64,000 bases of DNA from Phoronis australis (lineage: Eukaryota > Animalia > Phoronida): contig NMRA01000060.1 of NCBI GenBank assembly GCA_002633005.1, forward strand, positions 907,865 to 971,864, in the 5' to 3' direction. Below the pieces are notes generated by a model, which ran no database searches, was not told the origin of the DNA, and saw nothing but the letters and a program-made list of their open reading frames with translations. A program made the position numbers and the translations under genes. Shown piece by piece: positions 48,201-63,200 of this stretch (positions are counted from its first letter, which is position 1; each line of letters starts with the position of its first letter).

Positions 48201-51200
48201 GGCTAGCTATGGATTACTGTGGCTAGCTATGGTTAGCTATGGCTAGCTATGGCTAGCTATGGCTAGTTCTGGATAGCTGTGGCTAGCTCTGGCTAGCTGT
48301 GGCAAGCTATGGATGACTGTGGCTAGCTATGGATGGCTATGGCTAGCTATGGCTAACTCTTGATAGCTCTTGCTAGTTCTGGCTAACTATGGCTAGCTCC
48401 GGATAGCTCTGGATAGTTCAGGCCAGCTATGGCTAGTGATGGATGGCTATGGCTAGCTATGGCTAGCTATGGCTAACTTTCGATAGCTTTTGCCAGTTTT
48501 GGCTAGCAATGGCTAGCTCCGGGTAGCTCTGGATAGTTCAGGCTAGCTATGGCTAGCTATGGCTAGCTATGGGTGGCTATGGCTAGCTATGGCTAGCTAT
48601 GACTAGNGGATAGCTCTTGCCAGTTCTGGCTAGCTATGGCTAGCTATGGATGGCTATGGCTACCTATGGCTAGCTATGACTAGCACTGGATAGCTCTGAC
48701 TAGCTCTGGCGAGTTTTGGCTAGCTATGGCTAGCTATGGATGGCTATGGCTAGCTATGGCTAGCTATGGCTAACTCTGGATACCTCTGGGTAGTTCTGGC
48801 TATATATGGCTAGCTATGGCAAGCTATGGATGGCTATGGCTAGCTGTGGCTAGCTATGGCTAACTCTGGATAGCTCTGGTTACTTCTGGCTAGCTATGGC
48901 TAGCTATGGCTAGCTATGAATGGCTTTGGCTAGCTATGGCTAGCTATGGCTAACTCTGGATAGCTCTGGCTAGCTATGTATAGCTATGGCGAGGTATGAT
49001 TAGCTCTGGCTAGTTCTGGATAGCTCTAACAAGCTCTGGTTAGCTCTGGCTAGCTATGGCTAGTTATGGCTAGCTAAGGATAGCTCTGGCTAGTTTTGGC
49101 TAGCAATGGCTAGCTCTGGCTAGCAATGGCTAGCTCTGGCTAGCTATGCATGGCTATGGCTAGCTATGGCTAGCTCTAGCCTGCTCTGGCTAGCTATGGC
49201 ATGATTTGGCTACCTATGACTAGCTCTGTCTAGCTCCGGCTAGCTCTAGCTAGCTCTGGCTAGCTATGGCAACCTTTGGCTAGCTATGGCTAGCTCTGGC
49301 TAGCTCTGGCTAGCTCTGGCTAGCTCTGGATAGCTCTGGCTAGCTATGGATGGCTATGGCTAGCTATGGCTAGCTATGGCTAGCTCTGGATAGCTGTGGC
49401 TAGCTATGGCTAGCTATGGATGGCTTTAGCTAGCTATGGCTAGCTATGGCTAGCTATGGCTCGCTCTGGATAGCTCTGGCTAGCACTGGCTAGCTCTGGA
49501 TAGCTCTGGCTAGCTCTGGCTAGCTATGGCAAGCTGTGGATGGCTTTGGCTAGCAATGGCTAGCTAAGGTTAGGTATGGCTAGCTATGGTTAGCTCTGGA
49601 AAGCTCTGGCTAGCTATGGATGGCTATGGCTAGCTATGGCTAGCTATGGCTAGCTCTGGTTAGCTCTTGATAGCTCTGGCTAGCTCTGGGTAGCTATGGC
49701 AACCTTTGGCTAGCTATGGCTAGCTCTGGCTAGCTCTGGATAGATTTGGCTAGCTCTAGCTAGCTCTGGGTAGCTATGGCAACCTTTGGCTAGCTATGGC
49801 TAGCTCTGGGTAGCTCTGGCTAGTTCTGGCTAGCTACGGCTAGCTATGGCTAGCTCTGGTTAGCTCTGGCTAGTTTTGGTTAAGTATGGATAGCTCCTGA
49901 TAGCTCTGGCTAGCTCTGGCTAGCTCTGGCTAGCTCTGGCTAGCTCTGGTTAGCTCTGGTTAGCTCTGGGTAGCTATGGCTAGCTATGGATAGCTATGGC
50001 TAGCTACGGATGGCTATGGCTAGCTATTGCTAACACTGGAAAGCTCTGGCTAGCTCTGGCTAGCTATGGCAAGCTATGGATGGCTATGGCTAGCTATGGC
50101 TACCTCCGGATAGTTCTGGCTAGCTATGTATAGCTATGGCGAGCTATGGATGGCTGTGGCTAGCTATGGCTAGCTATGGCTAGCTCTGGATAGCTGTGGC
50201 TAGCNAGCTCTGGCTAGCTATGGATAACTTTGGTCAGATATGGCTTGCTCTGTCTAGCTCTGGCTAGCTACGGATAGCTATGGCTAACTTTGGCTAGCTC
50301 TGACTAGTTTTGGTTAGCTATGGATAGCTCTGGATAGCTCTGGCTAGCTCTGGCTAGCTCTGGTTCGCTCTGGGTGGCTATGGCTAGCTATGGATGGCTA
50401 CGGCTGGGTATGGCTAGTTATGGCTAACACTGGATAGCTCTGGCTAGCTATGGCAAGCTATGGATGGCTATGGCTAGCTATGGCTAGCTCCGGATAGTTC
50501 TCGCTAGTTCTGGCTAACTATGACTAGCTATGGCAAGCTATGGATGGCTATGGCTATCTATGGCTAGCTATTGCTAACTCTCGATAGCTCTTGCTAGTTC
50601 TGGTTAGCTATGGCTAGGTCGGGGAAGCTCTGGCTAGTTCTGGCTAGCTCTGGCTAGCTATGGCTAGATATGGATGGCTATGGCTAGCTATAGCTAACTC
50701 TGGATAGCTCTTGCAAGTTCTGGCTAGCTATGGCTAGCTATGGATAAATCTGGCTAGCTCTGGTTAGCTATGACTAACACTGGATAGCTCTGCCTAGGTC
50801 TGGCTAGCTCTATCAAGCTATGGCTAGCTCTGGCTAGCTATGGCCAGCTCGGGATAGCTCTTGCTAGTTGTTGCTAGCTATGGCTAGCTATGGCTAGAGA
50901 TGGATTTCTATGGCTAGCTATGGCTAACTCTCGATAGCTCTTGCTAGCTCTGGCTAGCTATGGCTAGCTCCGGGTAGCTCTGGATAGTTCAGGCTAGCTA
51001 TGGCTAGCTATGGATAGATATGGATGGCTATGGCTAGCTAAGGCTAGCTATGGCTAACTCTGGATAGCTCTTGCTAGTTCTGGCTAGCTATGGCTAGCTA
51101 TGGATGGATATGGCTACCTATGGCTAGCTATGACTAGCACTGGATAGCTCTGACTAGCTCTGGCTATATATTGCTAGCTATGGCAAGCTATGAATGGCTA

Positions 51201-54200
51201 TGGCTAGCTCCGGATAGCTCTGGCTACTTCTGGATAGCTATGGCTAGCTATGGCTAGCTATGGCCAGCTATGGCTAGCTCTGGTTACCTCTGGCTAGCTC
51301 TGGCTAGCTCCGGGTAGTTGTGGCTACCTATTGATAAATATGGCTAGCTATGCCTGGCTAGCTCGCTCTGGCTAGCTATGGATAGCTATGTGAAGCTATG
51401 GATAGATATGGCTACGTAGGACAAGGTGTGGCTAGCTCAGGCTATCTCTGGCTAGCTCTGGCTAGCTCTGCCTAGCTATGGCTAGCACTGGCTAGCTCTG
51501 GGTAGCTATGGCTAGGTATGGATAGATATGGCTAGCTAGGGCTAACTCTCGATAGCTCTTGCTAGCTCCGGGTAGCTCTGGATAGTTCAGGCTAGCTATG
51601 GCTAGCTATTGCTAGATATGGAAGGCTATGGCTAGCTATGGCTAGCTATGACTAGCACTGGATAGCTCTGACTAGCTCTGGCTAGTTATGGATGGCTATG
51701 GCTAGCTCTGGCTAGCTATGGCTAACTCTGGATAGCTTTGGTTAGCTGTGGCTAGCTACGGCTAGCTCTGGCTAGCTATGGCTAGCTCTGGCTAGCTTTG
51801 GCCAGCTCGGGATAGCTTTGGGTTGTTCTGGGTAGCTATGGCTAGCTATGGATGGCTATGGTTAGTTTTGGCTAGCTATGGCTAACTCGGGATGGCTCTG
51901 GGTAGCTCTGGCTAGCTATGGCTAGCTATGGCCAGCTCTGGATAGCTCTGGCTAGCTCTGGCTAGCTATGGCAACGTTTGGCTAGCTGTGGCTAGCTCTG
52001 GATAGCTCTGGAAATTCTGGGTAGCTATGGCTAGCTTTGGCTAGCTGTGGATTGCTATGGCTAGCTATGGCAAGCTAAGGAGGGCTATGGCTAGCTCTGG
52101 CTAGTTCTGGCTAGCTATGGCTAGCTATGGATGGCTATGGCTACCTATGGCTAGTTATGACTAGCACTGGATAGCTCTGACTAGCTCTGGCGAGTTTTGG
52201 CTAGCTATGGCTAGCTATGGATGGCTATGGCTAGCTATGGCTAGCTATGGCTAACTCTAGATAGCTCTGGTTAGCTGTGGCTAGCTACGGCTAGCTCTGG
52301 CTAGCTATGGCTAGCTCTGGCTAGCTATGGCCAGCTCGGGATAGCTCTGGGTAGTTCTGGGTAGCTATGGCTAGCTATGGATGGCTATGGTTAGTTTAGG
52401 CTACCTATGGCTAACTCGGGATGGTTCTGGGTAGCTCTGGCTAGCTATGGCTAGCTATGGCCAGCTCTGGATAGCTCTGGCTAGCTCTGGCTAGCTATGG
52501 CAACGTTTGGCTAGCTGTGGCTAGCTCTGGATAGCTCTGGAAATTCTGGGTAGCTATGGCTAGCTTTGGCTAGCTGTGGATTGCTATGGCTAGCTATGGC
52601 TAGCTATGGCAAGCTAACGATGGCTATGGATGGCTATGGCTAGCTATGGCTAGCTATGGCTAGCTATGGCTAGCTATGGCTAGCTATGGCTACCAATGGC
52701 TAGCTATGACTAGCACTGGATAGCTCTGACTAGCTCTGGCGAGATTTGGCAAGCTATGGCTAGCTATGGATGGCTATGGCTAGCTATGGCTACATATGGC
52801 TAACTCTGGATAGCTCTGGCTAGCTCTGGCTATATATGGCTAGCTATGGCAAGCTATATATGGCTTTGGCTAGCTATGGCTCGCTCCGGATAGCTCTGGC
52901 TACTTCTGGCTAGCTATGGCTAGCTATGAATGGCTTTGGCCAGCTATGGCTAGCTATGGCGAACTCTGGATAGCTCTGACTAGTTCTGGTTGGCTGTGGC
53001 TAGCTATGGATGGCTTTGGCTTGCTATGGCTAGCTATGGCTAACTCTGGATAGCTCTGGCTAGTTATGGCTAGGTGGGGCTAGCTATGGCTAGCTATGGA
53101 TAGCTTTGGATAGCTATGGCTTGCTCTGGCTAGCTCTAGCTAGCTACAGATAGCTATGGCTAACTCTGGCTAGCTCTGGCTAGTTTTGGTTAAGTATGGA
53201 TAGCTCTGGATAGCTCTGGCTAGCTCTGGGTAGCTATGGCTAGCTGTGGATAGCTATGGCTAGCTATGGATGGCTATGGCTAGCTATGGCTAGCTATGGC
53301 TAGCTGTGGCTAGCTATGGCTAACACTGGATAGCTCTGGCTAGCTCTGGCTAGCTATGGCAAGCTATGGATAGTTCTGGCTAGCTATGTATAGCTATGGC
53401 TAGCTATGGATGGCTGTGGCTAGCTATGGCTAGCTATGGCTAGCTCTGGATAGCTCTGGCTAGCACTGGCTAGCTATGGCAAGCTATGGATGGCTATGGC
53501 TAGCTGTGGATGGCTATGGCTAGCTATGGCTATGATAGCTCTTGCTAGTTCTGGCTAGCTATGGCTAGGTCGGGGAAGCTCTGGCTAGTTCTGGCTAGCT
53601 ATGGTTAGCTATGGCTAGACATGAATGGCTATGGCTAGCTATGGCTAACTCTGGATAGCTCTTGCTTGTTCTGGCTTGCTATGGCTAGCTATGGATGGCT
53701 ATGGCTAGCTATGGCTAGCTATGACTAACACTGGATAGCTCTGCCTAGCTCTGCCTAGCTCTGGCTAGCCTAGCTAGCTATGGCTAGCTATGGCTTGCTA
53801 TGTCTAACTCTGGATAGCTCTGCCTAGCTCTGCCTAGCTCTGGCTAGCTCTGGCTAGCTCTGGCTAGCTCTGGCTAGCTCTGGTTAGCTATGGCTAGCTA
53901 TGGATAGCTCTGGATAGCTCTGGCTAGCTCTGACTAGCTCTGGTTCGCTCTGGGTAGCTATGGCTAACTATGGTTAGCTATGGATGAATACGGCTGGCTA
54001 TGGCTAGTTATGGCTAACACTGGATAGCTCTGGCTAGCTCTGGCTAGCTATGGCAAGCTATGGATGGCTATGGCTAGCTATGGCTAGCTCCGGATAGTTC
54101 TCGCTATTTCTGGCTAGCTATGACTAGCTATGGCAAGCTATGGATGGCTATGGCTATCTATTGCTAGCTATTGCTAACTCTCGATAGCTCTTGCTAGTTC

Positions 54201-57200
54201 TGGCTAGCTATGGCTAGGTCGGGGAAGCTCTGGCTAGTTCTAGCTAGCTATGGCTAGATATGGATGGCTATGGCTAGATATGGATGGCTATGGCTAGCTA
54301 TGGCTAACTCTGGATAGCTCTTGCAAGTTGTGGCTAGCTATGGCTAGCTATGGATGGCCCTGGCTAGCTATGGCTAGCTATGACTAACACTGGATAGCTC
54401 TGCCTAGCTCTGGCTAGCTCTGGCAAGCTATGGCTAGCTCTGGCAAGCTATGGCTAGCTCTGGCTAGCTATTGCCAGCTCGGGATAGCTCTGGCTAGTTC
54501 TGGGTAGCTTTGGCTAGCTATGGATGGCTATGGTTAGCTTTGGCTAGCTATGGTTAACTCGGGATGGATCTGGGTAGCTCTGGCTAGCTATGGCTAGCTA
54601 TGGCTAGCTATGGCCAGCTCTGGATAGCTCTGGCTAGCTATGGCAACCTTTGGCTAGCTATGGCTAGCTGTGGATAGCTCTGGAAATTCTGGGTAGCTAT
54701 GGCTAGCTTTGGCTAGCTGTGGATTGCTATGGCTAGCTATGTCAAGCTATGGATGGCTATGGATGGCTATGGCTAGCTATGGCTAGCTCTGGCTAGTTCT
54801 GGCTAGCTATGGCTAGCTATGAAAAGCTATGGATGGCTATGGCCAGCTATGGCTAACTCTCGATAGCTCTTGCTACTTCTGGCTAGCTATGGCTAGCTCT
54901 GGATAGCTCTGGTTAGCTTTGGCTAGCTAAGGCTAGCTCTGGCTAGCTCTGGCTAGCTATGGCTAGCTCTGGCTAGCTATGGCCAGCTCGGGATAGCTCT
55001 TGCTAGTTGTGGCTAGCTATGGCTAGCTATGGCTAGATATGGATGTCTATGGCTAGCTATGGCTAACTCTCGATAGCTCTTGCTAGTTCTGGCTAGCTAT
55101 GGCTAGCTCCGGGTAGCTCTGGATAGTTCAGGCTAGCTATGGCTAGCTATGGCTAGATATGGATGGCTCTGGCTAGCTATGGCTAGCTATGGCTAACTCT
55201 GGATAGCTCTTGCCAGTTCTGGCTAGCTATGGTTAGCTATGGATGGCTATGGCTACCTATGGCTAGCTATGACTAGCACTGGATAGCTCTGACTAGCTCT
55301 GGCGAGTTTTGGCTAGCTATGGCTAGCTATGGATGGCTATGGCTAGCTATGGCTAGCTATGGCTAACTCTGGATAGCTCTGGCTAGCTCTGGCTATATAT
55401 GGCTAGCTATGGCAAGCTATGGATGGCTATGGCTAGCTATGGCTAGCTATGGCTAACTCTGGATAGCTCTGGTTACTTCTGGCTAGCTATGGCTAGCTAT
55501 GGCTAGCTATGAATGGCTTTGGCTAGCTATGGCTAGCTATGGCTAACTCTGGATAGCTCTGGCTAGCTATGGCTAGGTGGGGCTAGCTATGGCTAGCTAT
55601 GGATAGCTGTGGCTAGCTATGGCTAGCTATGGATGGCTATGGGTAGCTTTGGCTAGCTATGACTAACACTAGATAGGTCTGTATAGCTCTGGCTAGCTAT
55701 GGCTAGCTCTGGCTAGCTACGGATGGCTATGGCTAGCTATGGCTAGCTATGGCTAGCTCTGGATAGCTGTGGCTAGCTATGGCTAGCTATGGATAGCTTT
55801 GGCTAGCTATGGCTAGCTATGGCTAGCTCTGGATAGCTCTGGCTAGCTCTGGCTAGCTCTGGCTAGCTCTGGATAGCTCTGGCTAGCTCTGGGTAGCTCT
55901 GGCTAGCCCTGGCTACCTCTGGTTGGCTCTGGCTAGCTATGGCTAGATATGGCTAGCTACGGCTAAATTTGGATAGCTCTGGCTAGTTCTGGCTAGCTCT
56001 GGCTAGCTATCGCAAGCTGAGGATAGCTTTGGCTAGCTATGGCTAGCTATGGGTAGTTATGGCTAGCTAGGGTTAGCTCTGGATAGCTCTGGCTAGCTCT
56101 GGCTAGCTCTGGCTAGCTATGGCTAGCTATGGATGGCTATGGCTAGCTATGGCTAGCTATGGCTAGCTCTGGATAGCTCTGGCTAGCTCAGGCTAGCTCT
56201 GGCTAGCTATGGCAAGCTGTGGATGGCTTTGGCTAGCTATGGATGGCTATGGCTAGCTATGGCTAGCTCTGGATAGCTGTGGCTACCTCTGGCTAGCTAT
56301 GGATGGCTTGGCTATCTATGGCTAGCTATGGCTAGCTCTGGATAGCTCTGGCTAGTTTTGGCTAGCTATGATTAGCTATGGCTAGCCATGGATGGCTGTG
56401 GCTAGCTATCGCTAGCTATGGCTAGCTATGGCAAGCTAGGGATGGCTATGGCTAGCTATGGCTAGCTATGGCTAGCTATGGCTTGCTCTGGATGGCTCTG
56501 GCTAGTTCTGGCTAGCTATGGCACGCTATGGATGGCTATAGCTAGCTATTGTTAGCTATGGCTAGCTATGGACAGCTCTGGCTAAATTTGGCTAGCTATG
56601 GCTAGCTATGGCTAGATATGGATGTCTGTGGCTAGCTATGGCTAGCTATTGCTAGCTCTGGATAGCTGTGGCTAACTCTGGCTAGCTATGGCTAGCTTTG
56701 GCAAGCTATGGATGGTAATGGCTAGCTATGGCTAGCTCTGGATAGCTCTGGTTAGTTCTGGCTAGCTATGGCTAGCCAGGGCAAGCTATGGATGGCTATG
56801 GCGATCTATGGCTAGCTATTGCTAATCCTCGATAGCTCTCGATAGTTCTGGCTAGCTATGTTTAGCTATGGCTAGACATAGCTAGCTATGGATGGCTATG
56901 GCTAGCTATTGTTTGCTATGGCTAGCTCCGGACAGCTCTAGCTAACTCTGGCTAGCTATGGCTAGCTATGGCTAGATATGTATGGCGGTGGCTAGCTATA
57001 GCTAGCTATGGCTAGCTATGGCTAGCTCTGGATAGCTGTGGCTAGCTCTGGCTAGCTATGGCTAGCTTTGGCAAGTTATGGATGGCTATGGCTAGCTATG
57101 GCTAGCTCTGGATAGCTCTGGCAATTTCTGGCCAGCTATGGCTAGCTTAGGCTATCTCTGGATAGCTGTGGCTAGCTCTGGCTAGCTATGGCGAGCTATG

Positions 57201-60200
57201 GCAAGCTATGGATGGCTATGGCGAGCCCTGGATAGCTCTGGCAAGTTCTGGCTAGCTTTGGCTAGCTATGGATGGCTATGGCTAGCTATTGTTAGCTATG
57301 GCTAGCTCCGGACAACTCTGGCTAATTCTGGCTAGCTATGGCTGGCTATGGTTAGATATGGATGGCTGTGGCTAGCTATGGCTAGCTATTGCTAGCTCTG
57401 GATAGCTGTGGCTAGCTATGGCTAGCCCTGGATAGCTATGGCTAGCTATGGCTAGCTATGGATAGCTCTGGCTAGTTCTGGCTAGCTATCGCTATCTATG
57501 GCTAGCTATGGATGGCTCTGGTTAGCTTTGGCTAGCTATGGCTAACTCTGGATAGCTCTGGCTAGCTATGGCTAGCTATGGCTTGATCTGGATGGCTATG
57601 GCTTGCGATGGCTAACCCTGGATAGCTCTGGCTAGCTCTGGCGAGCTTTGGCTAGCTATGGCTAGCTCTGGATAGCTCTGGCAAGCTCTGGCTAGTTATG
57701 GCTATCTATGGATGGCTATGGCTAGCTATGGCTAGCTATGGCTAACTATGGCTAGCTATGGCTAGCTATGGCTAGCTCTGGATAGCTGTGGCTAGCTCTG
57801 GCTAGCTATGGATGGCTTTGTCTAGCTATGGCTAGCTGTGGCTAGCTATGGCTAGCTCTGGATAGCTCTGGCTGGCTCTGGATAGCTCTGGCTAGCTCTG
57901 GCTAGCTATGGCTAGCTATGGCTAACTTTGGATAGCTCTGGCTAGCTCTGGCTAGCTATGGCAAGCTGTAGATGGCTTTGGCTAGCTATGGCTAGCTATG
58001 GTTAGGTATGGCTAGCTATGGTTAGCTAGGATAGCTCTGGCTAGCTCTGGCTAGCTATGGCTAGCTATGGATGGCTATGGCTAGCTCTGGCTAGCTATGG
58101 CTAACTCTGGATAGCTCTGGCTAGCTATGGCTAGCTAGGGATAGCTTTGGCTAGCTATGGCTTGTTCTGGCTTGCTAAGTAGCTATACCTAGCTATGGAT
58201 GGTTGTGGCTAGCTATGGCTAGCTACAACTAGCTCTGGATAGCTCTGGCTAGTTCTGGCTAGCTATGTTTAGCTATGGCTAGCCATGGATGGCTGTGGCT
58301 AGCTATGGCTAGCTAGGGCAAGCTGTAGATGGTTTTGCCTAGCTCTGGCTAGCTATGGCAAGCTGTAGATGGCTTTGGCTAGCTATGGCTAGCTATGGTT
58401 AGGTATGGCTAGCTATGGTTAGCTCTGGATAGCTCTGGATAGCTCTGGCTAGCTCTGGCTAGCTATGGCTAGCTATGGATGGCTATGGCTAGCTCTGGAT
58501 AACTCTGGCTAGCTCTGGCTAGCTAGGGCTAGCAATGGCTAGCAATGGCTAGCTCTGGCTAGCTCTGGCTAGCTCTGGCTAACTCTGGGTAGCTCTGGCT
58601 AGCTATGGCTAGCAATGACTAGCTATGGCGAGCTCTGGCTAGCTCTGGCTAGCTCTGGCTAGCTCTGACTAACTCTGGGTAGCTCTAGCTAGCTATGGCT
58701 AGCAATGGCTAGCTATGGAGAGCTCTGGCTAGCTCTGGCTAGCTCTGGCTAGCTCTGACTAACTCTGGGTAGCTGTGGCTAGCTATGGCTAGCAATGGCT
58801 AGCTATGACGAGCTCTGGCTAGCTCTGGCTAGCTCTGGCTAGCTCTGGCTAGCTCTGACTAACTCTGGCTAGCTCTGGCTAGCTCTGGCTAACTCTGCCT
58901 AGCTCTGGATAGCTATGGCTAGCTATGGATGGCTATGGCTAGCTATGGCTAGCTATGCATGGCTATGGCTAGCTAAGGCTAGCTATGGCTAGCTATGGCT
59001 AACACTGGCTAGCTCTGGCTAGCTATGGATACCTTTGGCTAGCTATGCATGGCTATGGCTAGCTATGGCCAGGTATGGGTAGCTATGGCTAACTTTGGAT
59101 AGCTCTGGCTAGTTCTGGCTAGCTCTGGCTAGCTATGGCAAGCTGTGGATAGCTTTGACTAGCTATGGCTAGCTATGGCTAGCTATGGCTAGCTGTGGTT
59201 TGCTCTGGCTAGCTATGGCTAGCTATGGATGGCAATGGCTAGCTATGGCTAGCTATGGCTAGCTCTGGATAGCTCTGGCTAGCTCTGGCTAGCTATGGCT
59301 AGCTAGGGATAGCTTTGGCTAGCTATGGCTAGTTCAAAGTAGCTATACCTAGCTATGGATGGCTATGGCTAGCTATGGCGAGCTATAACTAGCTCTGGAT
59401 AGCTCTGGCTACTTCTGGCTAGCTATGTTTAGCCATGGCTAGCTTTGGATGGCTGTGGCTAGCTATGGCTTGCTATGGCTAGCTCTGGATAACTGTGGTT
59501 AGGTTTGAATAGCTCTGGCTAGCTTTGGCAAGCTATGGATGGCTATGGCTAGCTATGGCTAGCTATGGCTAGCTATGGCTAGCTATGGCTAGCTCTGGAT
59601 AGCTCTGGCTAGTTCTGACTAACTATGGCTAGCTATGGCAAGCTAAGGATGGCTATGGCTAGCTATTTTTAACTATGGCTAGCTCCGGACAGCTCTGGCT
59701 AATTCTGGCTATCTACGGCTAGATATGGATGGCTGTTGCTAGCTAAGGATAGGTCTGGATAGCTGTGGCTAGCTCTGGCTAGCTATGGCTCTCTATGGCA
59801 AGCTATGGATGGCTATGGCTAGCTATGGCTAGCTATGGATAGCTCTGGCTAATTCTGGCTAGCTATGGCTAGTTATGGCAAGCTATGGATGGCTATAACT
59901 ATTTATGGCTAGCTATTGCTAACTCTCGATAGCTCTTGCTAGTTCTGACTAGCTATGGCTAGCTCCAGGTAGCTCTGGCTAGTTCTGGCTAGCTATGGCT
60001 AGATAAGGATGGCTATGGCTAGCTATGGCTAGCTATGGCTAGCTATGGCTAACTCTGGATAACTCTTGCTAGTTCTGGCTAGCTATGGCTAGCAATGGAC
60101 GGCTATGGCTAGCTATGGCTAGCTATGACTAACACTGGATAACTCTGGCTAGCTCTGGCGAGTTTTGGCTTGCTATGGCTAGCTCTGGATAGCTCTGGCT

Positions 60201-63200
60201 AGCTCTGGCTAGCTATGGCCAGCTATGGCTAGCTCTGGCTAGTTCTGGCTAGCTATGGCTAGCTATGGCTAGTTCTGGCTAGCTATGGCTAGCTATGGCT
60301 AGCTATGGATGCCGATGGCTAGCAATGGCGAGGTATGACTAGCTCTGTCTAGCTCTGGATAGCTCTAACAAGCTCTGGTTAGCTCTGGCTAGCTATGGCT
60401 AGTTATGGCTAGCTAAGGATAGCTCTGGCTAGCTATGGCTAGCTATGACTAGCTACGGGTAGCTATGGGTAACTCTGGCTAGCTCTGGCTAGCTCTGGCT
60501 AGCTCTGGCTAGCTATGGCTAACACAGGATAGCTCTGGCTGCTTCTGGCTAGCTATGGCAAGCTATGGATGGCTACGGGTAGCTCTGGCTGGCTATGGCT
60601 AACAATGAATAGCTCTGGCTAGCTCTGGCTAGCTATGGCAAGCTATGGATGGCTACGGCTAGTTATGGCTAGCTCTGGCTTGCTCCGGATAGCTCTGGCT
60701 TGTTCTGGGTAGCTATGGCTAGCTATGGCTTGTTATGGATGGCTATGGCTAGCGACGGATAACTCTGGATAGCTCTTGCTAGTTCTGGCTACGTATGGCT
60801 AGCTATGGATGGCTATGCGTAGCTATGGCTAGCTATGACTAACACTAGATAGCTCTGGCTAGCTCTGGCGAGCGTTGGCTAACTATGGCTAGCTCTGGAT
60901 AGCTCTGGCAAGCTCTGGCTAGCTATGGCTAGCTATGGCTAGCTATGGATGGCTAAGGCTAGCTATGGCTAGCTATGGCTAGCTCTGGGTAGCTGTGGCT
61001 AGCTCTGGCTAGCTATGGATGGCTTTGGCTAGCTATGGCTAGCTATGGCTAGCTCTGGATAGCTCTGGCTAGCTCTGGCCAGCTCTAGCTAGCTCTGGCT
61101 AGCTCTGGATATCTCTGGCTATCTCTGGGTAGCTCTGGCTAGCCCTGGCTACCTCTGGTTTGCTATGGCTAGCTATGGCCAGCTAAGGGTAGCTATGGCT
61201 AACTTTGGATAGCTCTGGCTAGTTCTGGCTAGCTCTGGCTAGCTATGGCAAGCTGTGGATAGCTTTGGTTAGCTATGGCTAGCTCTGTCTAGCTCTGGAT
61301 AGCTCTGGCTAGCTCTGGCTAGCTATGGCTAGCTAGGGATGGCAATGGCTAGCTATGGCTAGCTATGGCTAGCTATGGCTAGCTCTGGATAGCTCTGGCT
61401 AGCTCTGGCTAGCTATGGCTAGCTAGGGATAGCGTTGGCTAGCTATGGCTAGTACTAAGTAGCTATACCTAGCTATCGATGGCTATGGCTAGCTATGGTG
61501 AGCTATAACTAGCTCTGGATAGCTCTGGATAGCTCTGGCTAGCTATGTTTAGCTATGGCTAGCTTTGCATGGCTGTGGCTAGCTATGGCTTGCTATGGCT
61601 AGCTCTGGATAACTGTGGTTAGGTTTGAATAGCTCTGGCTAGCTTTGGCAAGCTATGGATTGCTATGGCTAGCTACGGCTAGCTATGGCTCGCTATGGCT
61701 AGCTCTGGATAGCTCTGGCTGGTTCTGGCTAACTATGGCTAGCTATGGAAAGCTAAGGATGGCTATGGCTAGCTATTGTTAACTATGGCTAGCTCCGGAC
61801 AGCTCTGGCTAATTCTGGCTAGCTATGGCTAGCTATGGCTAGATATGGATGGCTGTTGCTAGCTAAGGCTAGAGCTAGCTATGGCTAGCTATGGATAGCT
61901 TTGGTTAGCTATGGCTTGCTCTGGCTAGCTCTAGCTAGCTACGGATAGCTATGGCTAACTCTGGCTAGCTCTGGCTAGTTTTTGTTAAGTATGGATAGCT
62001 CTGGATAGCTCTGGCTAGCTCTGACTAGCTCTGGCTAGCTCTGGTTAGCTGTGGTTAGCTCTGGGTAGCTATGGCTAGCTATGGATAGCTATGGAAATTA
62101 TGGGTAGCTATGGCTAGCTTTGGCTAGCTGTGGATTGCTATGGCTAGCTATGGCTAGCTATGGCAAGCTATGGATGGCTATGGATGGCAATGGCTAGCTA
62201 TGTCTAGCTATGGCTAGCTATGAAAACCTATGGATGGATATGGCTAGCTATGGCTAACTCTCGATAGCTCTTGCTAGTTCTGGCTAGCTATGGCTAGCTA
62301 TGGCTAACTCTGGATAGCTCTTGCTAGTTCTGGCTAGCTATGGCTAGCTATGGATGGCTATGGCTACCTATGGCTAGCTATGACTAGCACTGGATAGCTC
62401 TGACTAGCTCTGGCGAGTTTTGGCTAGCTATGGCTAGCTATGGATGGCTATGGCTAGCTATGGCTAGCTATGGCTAACTCTGGATAGCTCTGGCTAGCTC
62501 TGGCTATATATGGCTAGCTATGGCAAGATATGGATGGCTATGGCTAGCTATGGCTAGCTCCGGATAGCTCTGGCTACTTCTGGCTAGCTATGGCTAGCTA
62601 TGGCTAGCTATAAATGGCTTTGGCTACCTATGGCTAGCTATGGCTAACTCTGGATAGCTCTGGATAGTTCTGGCTAGCTATGGCTAGCTATGGATGAGTT
62701 TGGCTTGCTTTCGCTAATTATGGCTAACTCTGGATAGCTCTGGCTAGCTATGGCTAGGTGGGGCTAGCTAGGGCTAGCTATGGATAGCTTTGGTTAGCTA
62801 TGGCTTGCTCTGGCTAGCTCTAGCTAGCAATGACAAGCTATGGATGGCTTTGGCTAGCTATGGCTAGCTATGGCTAGCTCTGGCTCGCTATGGATAGCTA
62901 TGGCTAACTCTGGCTAGCTCTGGCTAGTTTTGGTTAGCTATGGATNCTCTGGCTAGCTATGGCTAGCTATGGCTAGCTATGGATGGCTAAGGCTAGCTAT
63001 GGCTAGCTATGGCTAGCTCTGGACATCTGTGGCTAGCTCTGGCTAGCTATGGATGGCTTTGGCTAGCTATGGCTAGCTATGGCTAGCTATGGACAGCTCT
63101 GGCTAGCTCTGGCTAGCTCTGGCTAGCTCTGGCTAGCTCTGGCTACCTCTGGCTAGCTCTGGATAGCTCTGGTTATCACTGGGTAGCTCTGGCTAGCCAT

